Positions 26,290 to 33,962 of a stretch of 33,962 nucleotides of DNA are shown one piece after another. The notes under the pieces are model-generated. The model saw only the letters and a program-made list of their open reading frames with translations, was not told the DNA's origin and searched no databases. The stretch's first letter is position 1, and each line of letters opens with the position of its first letter. This DNA is from a virus. Taxonomy: Duplodnaviria > Caudoviricetes. Where the stretch lies: the IMG/VR virus record IMGVR_UViG_3300044657_000313, positions 1 through 33,962 of that record, one strand, 5' to 3'. A program made the translations under genes and the position numbers.

Positions 26290-28511
26290 TGTGCGGTTCC
26301 TTTGTTCGCTGGCATGATACCATCTTTAATAGCTAAAATATATTCATCAATATCAGCCGCAATTTCTGGATTTGCCTGGCTGATACCCAAAAGCCTGCCG
26401 ATGTGTTCCCCAGATTGCTTGCCTGTTTTAACGGCAGCACCCTCCGCCAACCATTTAACAAATACTGGGCTTGTGATAAGTCGGGCAGACACATTCGGCG
26501 TTACAACGCCGCCGACAAATGTTGCGGCAAGCCCGCCAGCAGCAACTAAAAAATTCCCACTCAAGGCAGTCGCGCCAAGAACAACCTTTGTAAAATCTCC
26601 ACCTAAAGCATTCATGAGGTTAAGCGTATGCGTTACGGCACCTGTGTTACTGTGACCGGCAAGCCTTGCGTTTGCGGCAATCGCCTCGAACCCTTCGATT
26701 AACCCATTGAGTTCTGTCTGAAGTGCTTTTCCGTCTTTTATTCCAAGGAAAAGGGTGCGCTGTGCTTCTTGGGAAATCGACTTCCAATTATTCAAAAACG
26801 TGGCGGCTGAAAAAGCCTCATCTGCTTCGTTGCCAAAATTCTTATATCCCATTTTTTGAATAATAGTGGCAGAAACGTCTTTCCATTCTTCTTTAGTAAA
26901 TTGCTCCTGCAATTTTGCAAAATAAGTTCCACCATCTTTTCTTGAATTCATCAAGAACCGATAACCCGCTTCGGGAGCATCATAATCAATAATTTTATTT
27001 AAAAAATCGTCGTATTCTTGTTTAAATCCACGGGTAAAACCGACAGCGTCATCGAACATTTTGCCGAAGCCTAAAGAATCAGCCCCGAATTTAAGATCGT
27101 CAGTCATGTGCGCGTACATACGTTTGTACATAGACCGGTTTGCGCCTTCTCCCATATCTGACATTTTCTCGCCAAAAAACGATCTGATCCTTCTGAAGTC
27201 ACTGTATGGAATTCGACCGCCATTCCCTGAGGCATCAAAAATGAGATCGTCCAAAAGCGCCTTGACATCACCAAAAGCTCTTTTGGTAAATCTTGGCATT
27301 GATTCACCCATAGACGCTAATTCATTGTAGAAACTTCGAATTGAATCAATCGAAAAAAGGGTGTCTTCGCCTATTTTCCCGCCAAGTTCCGTTTCCAATT
27401 TGGCTTGCTGTTGAGAAAATCTTTCAAGGGCGGATTGAGCCGCCTCCTGCATTGCTTGACCAGTGCCTTGTTGGCTCCGTGGCGTTCCAATTTTTGAGGC
27501 TAACTTTTCGGCTGCTGCTTGAGCGCCATCAATAACTTCGTTGATTTGGTTTCGCATCCTCGTTGCAGATGCAGCGGCTTGGTCTAGTGCTTTTTCAATT
27601 ACACCAACACCCCTCCCCTCAGTCACCGCTCCGGCTGTCGGTCTGATGTTATTTTTAATCAGCGTCTCGTATATTTGCTGAGATTTTGCCGTGCCGCCGC
27701 CCAGGCCCTGTTTGACCACTCCGATTGCCGCAGGTACGGCCACCCGACCAACTGCTTCACCTGTACCGGCATACAGCCCTTGCATAAGGTTCTCTCCGGT
27801 TCGCGCCATTAAACTTTCTGACCGGACAGTGCTACCAAGCGTTTCAGCAAGAAAATCATATAGACTAGCGGTTTGAGCGCCTCCCCATACAGCCCCAGCA
27901 GTTGCGGCAATGGGCAGCGCTATAGGCGCAACGGGTCCAGTAAAAAGAGCGGAACCGCCAGTAGCAACACCGGCAAGAGTAGAACCAACTGCAATGGAGC
28001 CCTCTCTCGCAAATCTTGCAACGTCTTTGAGGGTAAAGCCGGGAGCGTTATACAGAGTTACGTTGCCCGTGTCTGGGTTCGTGAATATAAAGTTATCCTC
28101 GCCAAAAGACATGGCGTCAGGATAAAACCTTCTCAAAGTTGCAAGTTTATCTTCTGGTTTAAGCGCATCACCAACCGCTTTTGTTGCGCTCCACGACGCT
28201 CCGGTGGTGCGGTCCATTCCGGCATAAAAATCAATATCGTTATTGATATAATCTAAACGTGCAGCGTCAATATCTTCTGGAGTTGCTGCGCTATCAATTT
28301 CAAATGATCCGTGACCTACTTGTATTGTTTTATAAATAGGCTCTGATACAACTTCAGGCGTTATAGCTTCTGGGATTACTTGAGCCGACGTTTGAACAGG
28401 AACTTCGGGTTCTACAACAGGAATTGTTTCCGCAATTTGCTGCGGATCAACCTTAGGAGGTGGTTGAACACCAATTACCTCATCTGGAACAGAAACCGTA
28501 AAGTTAGCCAT
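26286..28511 (-). CDS. Internal virion / DNA ejection protein (large)
   Basis: 741 aa, helical, with Gly/Ala-rich hydrophobic segments and C-terminal N.SNTG...ARLITSP.FVKWL. Sits in the ejectosome position before the fibres. Confidence 0.72.
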   Translation of the reverse strand: MANFTVSVPDEVIGVQPPPKVDPQQIAETIPVVEPEVPVQTSAQVIPEAITPEVVSEPIYKTIQVGHGSFEIDSAATPEDIDAARLDYINNDIDFYAGMDRTTGASWSATKAVGDALKPEDKLATLRRFYPDAMSFGEDNFIFTNPDTGNVTLYNAPGFTLKDVARFAREGSIAVGSTLAGVATGGSALFTGPVAPIALPIAATAGAVWGGAQTASLYDFLAETLGSTVRSESLMARTGENLMQGLYAGTGEAVGRVAVPAAIGVVKQGLGGGTAKSQQIYETLIKNNIRPTAGAVTEGRGVGVIEKALDQAAASATRMRNQINEVIDGAQAAAEKLASKIGTPRSQQGTGQAMQEAAQSALERFSQQQAKLETELGGKIGEDTLFSIDSIRSFYNELASMGESMPRFTKRAFGDVKALLDDLIFDASGNGGRIPYSDFRRIRSFFGEKMSDMGEGANRSMYKRMYAHMTDDLKFGADSLGFGKMFDDAVGFTRGFKQEYDDFLNKIIDYDAPEAGYRFLMNSRKDGGTYFAKLQEQFTKEEWKDVSATIIQKMGYKNFGNEADEAFSAATFLNNWKSISQEAQRTLFLGIKDGKALQTELNGLIEGFEAIAANARLAGHSNTGAVTHTLNLMNALGGDFTKVVLGATALSGNFLVAAGGLAATFVGGVVTPNVSARLITSPVFVKWLAEGAAVKTGKQSGEHIGRLLGISQANPEIAADIDEYILAIKDGIMPANKGTAQ

Positions 28512-30292
28512 TACTGACCTTCTTGCTTTGGAGCAAATTTGTTACGGTTTAATTTTTTAAGTTCTTCTTTGGTATATCTTTTTCGTTTTCCTGATTTGCT
28601 GCCAACTAAATTAGCAGTGATATCTTCTCCCCTTGTTGGAAACGCTGCTTTAAACGCATCTAATTGAGAATTGATTATAGAATTGGTATTTTCTATAAGC
28701 CCAATTAGAGTCGCAGATGTTGTTTCTGGAGCGTTAGAATCCAAAGCGCCTTCTTGGAATCTCAAGGCATCGCCTTCTGTTTGGTTCAAAGCACCCATGC
28801 CACTAGCACCAGTTGGCGAAGAAGCTTTAAGTTCTGAAAGCGCATCAATCATCGCCTTTCCGCCGATCCTTTTAAGGATTGCGTCAAGTTCATTTCTGTC
28901 TGACCCTCGGTAAAGTCCCATGGCACCGGAAAATAATCCTGATGTGAAAGTGCTGAAGCTTTTGTCAGCCGCAGCTATTTTTGCTGCTTCGAAAGTTTTT
29001 TCGCCCGTTAAAAGCATTAATGCTTTTTTTGCATCTTTTTCTAAACTTAACGCTTGGCGGTTGAATGTTTCAAATGCGGTTAAAGCAGGAACAAACTTTT
29101 GGATTCTGTCTTGTTCGGCAACGTATTCTGGATTTTCGTTATTTATTTCTGTTTGAAGTGCTTGAACCCTAGGGTCATTTCTAGGAACATTTTGGTTTGC
29201 TAAATTGTCTAAATCTTGAATTAACTTTCCAACTTTGGATGAAGCAACGATTTTATTTGATTGTTCAACACTATCATCAAACGCCCTAACTATTGGGTCG
29301 TTCTGATTTCCACCAGCCTTAGCAACCAGATAAGCACGGTCACTTGCTATCCTTCCAACGTCAGACTGCATCTCATACGGCTTTGGAGGCGTTATCTTTC
29401 CGCCAGACGCATAAAACATCTTCAAAGCTGGTGTGACGGCGTTATAATCAGGGAAACCCATATCGTTCGCAAATTTCTGACGCGCTTTTGCAATGTTTAT
29501 GTCTGCTATGTTGATAGCAGTTTCTTGGTCACTAATTTTTTTGACAATTTTACCAAGCTGCGTAGGTGACAAAATTTTAGAGAAACTTGGGTTTTGATTA
29601 AGCCTTTCTTTAGCCCTTGCAATCCCAGCTTCGTCTCCAAGCCGCAGGTCGTCTTCAATCTTCGTGATAATGATTTGACTTTGCAATGCGTCCACTAGAC
29701 TAAGCCTGACGTTTGTTGGCAGAGCGCCGCCTACAGTGTCATCACCAACAGCAAATTTATTTATTTCAAGAAACGCCTCCGGCACATCCATAGCGCCGCT
29801 TTCGACTTTAGATATGATCTGGTTGCCATTATCTCCGAACTGTTTTGATAGGCTCTTGATTTGAGCTTCCCGAGTTGCCGATATTGCTGCCCGTTCGTAA
29901 GCACCAGAGAGGCCCGTTAATTTATAATCAAACAATGCTGAACTGTTTGCACTGCCTGTCGCGCTATGATTCAATAAAGAAGTGGCCTTCTGCTGATTAA
30001 CAAAAGCATTGAATTTTTCGAATGTCTTTCTATTTGTCAGGTCTTCTTGATCCTGAACGCGCTGCCATTCTGTTGAGACAATGGTTTCGAAGGCTTTTTC
30101 ATCCCGGGCCCTGCTGATTACGTCCTCGCGGTTCTGAATGCGCGTTGCAGCCGCATCAAGCGCACCGGCAATCTGCGTCAACCCCTCACCAGCACCGGAA
30201 AGCGGGCTGGACGCCAGAGACAACGGGATCCCCTGCATCCCGGTGCTGCCGGGAACAGATACTCTGTTTGTGTATTTCGGAACCATTGCCAT
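28511..30292 (-). CDS. Internal virion / DNA ejection protein (middle)
   Basis: 593 aa; N-terminal M..VP.Y and C-terminal L.ELKASSPTGASGMGAL...EG motif typical of podoviral ejection proteins. Confidence 0.72.
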   Translation of the reverse strand: MAMVPKYTNRVSVPGSTGMQGIPLSLASSPLSGAGEGLTQIAGALDAAATRIQNREDVISRARDEKAFETIVSTEWQRVQDQEDLTNRKTFEKFNAFVNQQKATSLLNHSATGSANSSALFDYKLTGLSGAYERAAISATREAQIKSLSKQFGDNGNQIISKVESGAMDVPEAFLEINKFAVGDDTVGGALPTNVRLSLVDALQSQIIITKIEDDLRLGDEAGIARAKERLNQNPSFSKILSPTQLGKIVKKISDQETAINIADINIAKARQKFANDMGFPDYNAVTPALKMFYASGGKITPPKPYEMQSDVGRIASDRAYLVAKAGGNQNDPIVRAFDDSVEQSNKIVASSKVGKLIQDLDNLANQNVPRNDPRVQALQTEINNENPEYVAEQDRIQKFVPALTAFETFNRQALSLEKDAKKALMLLTGEKTFEAAKIAAADKSFSTFTSGLFSGAMGLYRGSDRNELDAILKRIGGKAMIDALSELKASSPTGASGMGALNQTEGDALRFQEGALDSNAPETTSATLIGLIENTNSIINSQLDAFKAAFPTRGEDITANLVGSKSGKRKRYTKEELKKLNRNKFAPKQEGQ

Positions 30293-30304
30293 TGTATTGC
30301 CTCG

Positions 30305-30769
30305 TCAAATTTTAGCGGCGAGTTGCGCCGTAGACGACGCACCTGTCAGGAGAGATGTTGCGGCGGTGCCTAGCGACTTCTGTTTCGCCACAGCGCCCTC
30401 GAACTTAGAAACCGTCGCCCTCTGCTGCCCTGCCCTGTAACCCATTTCACCGCCGTATCGGATCGCAAGGTTTTCAAGTTCCGCTTCCTCTGCGCTCATA
30501 TCAGCGACATCTTGCATATCAAGCAACTCGCCGCCTGTGGAGGCCATAGAGGCCCGCTGCGTGCCCGCGAACAACCTCGCCTGACGTTCTTGTGCAGTAG
30601 CGTCAAAATCGGCCTTCTGGCGCGCTGCGATGGCGTCGTTCTGCGCAACCTGCGCGTTGTAATTGGCAAGGTTTTGCGCGGCCTTGCCCTGCTGCACAGC
30701 GCCTGCAACGCTAGTGACTGTTCCTAGGGCTGACGCAGCGGTTGCTATGATTGTTAGTGGATCGCACAT
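30305..30769 (-). CDS. Internal virion protein (T7 gp14-like)
   Basis: MCDPLTIIATAASALG..., Ala/Gln-rich, NAQVAQNDA, G.QRA..A..G. Start reassigned to the ATG at 30769. Confidence 0.8.
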   Translation of the reverse strand: MCDPLTIIATAASALGTVTSVAGAVQQGKAAQNLANYNAQVAQNDAIAARQKADFDATAQERQARLFAGTQRASMASTGGELLDMQDVADMSAEEAELENLAIRYGGEMGYRAGQQRATVSKFEGAVAKQKSLGTAATSLLTGASSTAQLAAKI

Positions 30770-30770
30770 A

Positions 30771-32846
30771 TCAAACCTTTGTCGTGTTGATTTCCGGCAT
30801 AATAGCCAAAACAGTAAACGGCAGCGGCTGGTCCTGCACCAAAAAAATATATCCGTCAGTGTCCCAGTTGCGCGGGAACTCAACATCTTTGTCTCCGGTA
30901 AACAATGCCGGTGCTTCATCCATGTCGTCTGCGCTGGACCGGAAAGGGATAATATCCAAACGATCTGCGCTGGGGCCATGCTTCAAGCCCAGCGTATCAT
31001 AGAGCCGATATGTAATCCGGGAGACACGCTTTTTCTTACCCTGCGCCGTGCCATCCTTTGCGCCAGCTTCAATGCGCATCGTCTGTAGCGTGGAAGTGTA
31101 CGGAAGCCCGACGTGGACCGTCTCATAAGCATTGTTTAATGTGATCAGGCCGCTCGAAACAACCCTATCAGGGTGAGCCGCGCCGTTCGCCAGAACCGAG
31201 ACAGTCTGACCCTCTAGGTGTTCCAGCCCGAACACTGACGTTACACCGCCGCCATCGTAGGTCAGCATAGAGTCGAGATACGTTGCCGGAATTGTGTTCA
31301 CGGAAACTTCTGGCATCCCCGGCGTCATGAACTCAATATAACGGACCGACACCCCGTTGATTGTGCGTTGAATAACGGCCCACAAATCATCGCGGCTGCC
31401 GGTCGTATTAGGAATCACAGCAACGCTTTCAACCTTAGCGTCTGCCCCACCTATAATGTGACGATGCCAAGCCACAACATCTTGCGCCCGCTCATAAGTC
31501 ATGCCGACCAGGACACCGTCTGCACGAACCAACCAGACAATGCTGTCGGGTTCCTGCTGATACGCCATGTCGATGACACCGCCTTCGGTGATGTGTTCCG
31601 AAAGGATGGAAAGGTCCGGCGCTGTGTAAGCATCGCTTTCGAACTGATAAACGTATTCCCGAACCTTTCGGTTCGCACGCTGCAAGAACAACACGGAATT
31701 GCCGACCTGCGGTGGCGTTACAGCGGCACTGCCGAACGTGGTCTGCCTTACGACGCGAGTGTTGGTGGGCGATAGCGGGCTGTTGGTGTCGCCCTGTGAT
31801 ACGATAAACTCACCACCGGCTGTGCCTACGGATAAGACTTTGCCGGCACGCATCCAGCGGATTGTGTTCACTTGATCGGTTGCGATGGTGTAGACAAACC
31901 CGCTATCGTCTAGGACAAGTCCGTCATTATCGGTCGGGGCGTGGTTGTAATAATCAGCAGAAACGGAAAAGAACATCGATTGCGGACGGCTTGTCGTGGC
32001 TGCCCAGACCAGCCGCTGCTCGAAAAACGTCACAACTGACGGATAGCCTGTCGTTTCAGAGAACGCGCCTAACCGCCAGCCCGTCTGTGCCGTTGTGGCA
32101 GAAGCATTTGGTCCGATGAAATCTGCGACAACGTGCGTCGTATCTGTTACCTCCGTGATCTCAAAATACGTCCAGTCGTTCGCCGCGTCTTCGAACCGGA
32201 TCAGGCGGCCTACGTCTGTCGAGAGGAAGCCAGACCCATCGTTGATTCCAGTGACCGCAGAGGCCGTTATCGTGATCCCGGTGCCAGACGTGGCAGAAAG
32301 GCCGAACGTCGTGTCAGTGGCGTTTACGGCGTCATATGGGCCGTCCAGAAACTGAATGATGTCTAGCACCCAGTTCGTGTCACCCAACCTGGACAACGTG
32401 CGCGGTTCGTGGTTCTGGTGAGCTATATACAGGACATCAGCAGACTGCGTGATTACCAGCTCAAACAGCTCTGCCTCAAGGTAGGGCGTTGCTATTTCGT
32501 ATGCTGCGCCAACATTAAATTCTGCCGCAAACACCTCATCAAACGGCCCAGACTGAATCTGACCATAGTTTTTGTAGAACCGAACGTACTGATCGCCAAA
32601 TTCAATAACGTAAGCCTGGGTGGCACTAAACTCGAACGGCAGAATCCGTGTCTTCTTGGTGCTGTCTTTTACTTCTGCCGAGAAATAGAACCCGCCACGG
32701 CGAGATGCTGGGCCGTGTTTCTGAGCAATCATATTCTCAAGCGTCTTGCAGCCGTTAACGTATTTTGCAAGGTCAACGCGGCCTTCAAGGCGCGGGGAAA
32801 GTTCACCGGCAGTGAAATTCGTGAAGATCGGCGCTGAACGCGGCAT
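30771..32846 (-). CDS. Tail tubular protein B / nozzle
   Basis: NFTAGELSPRL.GR.DL..Y, RRGG, TQSADV, YPSVVTFFEQRL, VAWHRH, VGLPY, PLPFTVLAI. Confidence 0.92.
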   Translation of the reverse strand: MPRSAPIFTNFTAGELSPRLEGRVDLAKYVNGCKTLENMIAQKHGPASRRGGFYFSAEVKDSTKKTRILPFEFSATQAYVIEFGDQYVRFYKNYGQIQSGPFDEVFAAEFNVGAAYEIATPYLEAELFELVITQSADVLYIAHQNHEPRTLSRLGDTNWVLDIIQFLDGPYDAVNATDTTFGLSATSGTGITITASAVTGINDGSGFLSTDVGRLIRFEDAANDWTYFEITEVTDTTHVVADFIGPNASATTAQTGWRLGAFSETTGYPSVVTFFEQRLVWAATTSRPQSMFFSVSADYYNHAPTDNDGLVLDDSGFVYTIATDQVNTIRWMRAGKVLSVGTAGGEFIVSQGDTNSPLSPTNTRVVRQTTFGSAAVTPPQVGNSVLFLQRANRKVREYVYQFESDAYTAPDLSILSEHITEGGVIDMAYQQEPDSIVWLVRADGVLVGMTYERAQDVVAWHRHIIGGADAKVESVAVIPNTTGSRDDLWAVIQRTINGVSVRYIEFMTPGMPEVSVNTIPATYLDSMLTYDGGGVTSVFGLEHLEGQTVSVLANGAAHPDRVVSSGLITLNNAYETVHVGLPYTSTLQTMRIEAGAKDGTAQGKKKRVSRITYRLYDTLGLKHGPSADRLDIIPFRSSADDMDEAPALFTGDKDVEFPRNWDTDGYIFLVQDQPLPFTVLAIMPEINTTKV

Positions 32847-33448
32847 TACGGTCTACCATTAACGCTTACGCCAGCACTCCCGGCGTAATTTAGCCGACTA
32901 TCCAACCATGTGTCTGCAATAATTTCGTGATAGCCGCTTTCCTGCGCGTCCATCGAGCGAGCATCTGCAATCTTGCGCTGATACATCTCCATCATATTGG
33001 AATACAGCGTATTGCTCTCCGACAGGGTGACCGACAACTCCGCCGCAATACGGGTAGACAACGCCTCGACAAACATGGCGTCGAACAGGTTCACGTCCTC
33101 AACTCGGGACAGATACAGAATCTTTGCGGTGCCTTCGTCGGTCAACAGTTTGCCGCCCTCGATCTTGTAGTACATCCCCATGTCTTCCATCCGCAAAACC
33201 CGCAGGCAATCAGATGGGAGGTTATACTGATACGAGAACTCAAACGCAGGAGCCGTGCTGTTCTGCGCCAGTTCAACCCGGCGAATAGCAAAATTCCAGA
33301 CATGGTCGCGAATACAAGCATCGCGAATTTGCTCATAAATGAGATTAGCGGCTCGCGCCGCTTCACTGTTTTCAGTAAGAGTCAGGATGGCGCTTGCGCC
33401 TATTTTAATCAGCGCGTTGTTTACAATCTGAACGACTGAAGTCGCCAT
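32846..33448 (-). CDS. Tail tubular protein A / adaptor
   Basis: IVNNAL..IG, H.WNFAI.R..L, Y.LPSDCLRV, FD..F.EAL..R.AAEL. Confidence 0.9.
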   Translation of the reverse strand: MATSVVQIVNNALIKIGASAILTLTENSEAARAANLIYEQIRDACIRDHVWNFAIRRVELAQNSTAPAFEFSYQYNLPSDCLRVLRMEDMGMYYKIEGGKLLTDEGTAKILYLSRVEDVNLFDAMFVEALSTRIAAELSVTLSESNTLYSNMMEMYQRKIADARSMDAQESGYHEIIADTWLDSRLNYAGSAGVSVNGRP

Positions 33449-33462
33449 GCCTACCTCTGATT

Positions 33463-33490
33463 AAAGTATGGGGTGGCCGAAGCCACCCCA
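33463..33490 (-). terminator. Hairpin terminator after capsid/decoration genes
   Basis: Minus strand TGGGGTGGC-TTCG-GCCACCCCA-TACTTT. Strong stem with a short U-tract, so probably leaky. Confidence 0.65.
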
Positions 33491-33496
33491 ACCTTA

Positions 33497-33919
33497 TTAC
33501 GTTGCGGAGAAGTACATGTCCACAACCAGCGTCCCGGATCCCGGAAGACTAGCGGTGCCAATGGTGATGAAGATTTCCTCATCAGCCGCAAGCGTCGCCG
33601 CACCAGCGGCGGTGCCGAAAAACGTCGGCGTGTTTGCGGAGGTAAACGTAGCGGCGGCCCGGTATTTCCCGGTCGTGCCCGTGACACCAATCGCAATTGT
33701 CGCGGAAGCGCCAAGCGTGGCGCTGGCAGTAAGAACACCGTAGAGGAACGACTCGCCCTCTTTCGCCTTTGCGATAACGATGGTGTCCGAAGTCGTCTGA
33801 GTGTCAAGCGTGATAGTGGCCCGCTTTACGCGGACGTTACCATCGACAACACCGCCAGACGGGAGGCTAACCGGAACTGCGGCGAGTCCGGCCATTTCTG
33901 CGCTATAAAGTACAGTCAT
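33497..33919 (-). CDS. Capsid decoration/cement protein
   Basis: 140 aa, Ala/Thr/Gly rich and beta-type. Directly follows the capsid stop and precedes a terminator. Confidence 0.7.
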   Translation of the reverse strand: MTVLYSAEMAGLAAVPVSLPSGGVVDGNVRVKRATITLDTQTTSDTIVIAKAKEGESFLYGVLTASATLGASATIAIGVTGTTGKYRAAATFTSANTPTFFGTAAGAATLAADEEIFITIGTASLPGSGTLVVDMYFSAT

Positions 33920-33933
33920 TTTCTATGCCCTCC

Positions 33934-33962
33934 TTATTCGGCGCAAAGGATTTCAAGAACAC
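33934..33962 (-). CDS. Major capsid protein, C-terminal codons (enters from the right edge)
   Basis: ..VLEILCAE* followed by AGGAGG and the decoration gene. Resembles the usual capsid C-terminus. Confidence 0.75.

Noticed and set aside
25305-26655. Long antisense and alternate-frame ORFs over the tail fibre
   Set aside because: Expected shadows of GC-rich Ala/Ser/Thr repeats, with no RBS or recognisable motifs.

Overview
The window is an almost complete ~34 kb dsDNA tailed-phage genome with a podovirus-type (T7/HTVC010P/BPP-1-like) morphogenesis module. It is opened inside the major capsid gene: the N-terminal part is at 799->1 and the last codons are at 33962->33934, both on the minus strand. 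Minus-strand arms carry a Cro-like regulator, primase-helicase, ParB-methyltransferase, terminase, portal, scaffold and capsid (11.6 kb->1), and decoration, tail, ejection, fibre and lysis genes (33.9->19.4 kb). A plus-strand arm (11.7-19.3 kb) carries a Sak4-like ATPase, SSB-like protein, Cas4-like nuclease, SF2 helicase, VRR-NUC nuclease and many small ORFs. I recognise no DNA or RNA polymerase, integrase, CI-like repressor, tRNA, CRISPR array or reverse transcriptase. The host is probably an alphaproteobacterium (inference). The most interesting signals are non-coding: (i) the same internal-loop hairpin at the 5' end of both plus-strand transcripts; (ii) a structured capsid-gene leader with two ACAA/C internal loops, behind its own terminator and promoter; (iii) a palindromic cluster of 10 GTAC sites between the primase-helicase and the ParB-methyltransferase. 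Other oddities are an orphan half-methyltransferase, a phosphoesterase+GNAT pair inside a lysis region with no recognisable spanin, and an AT-rich ejection-protein cassette. Family names come from motif recognition only; no searches were run.
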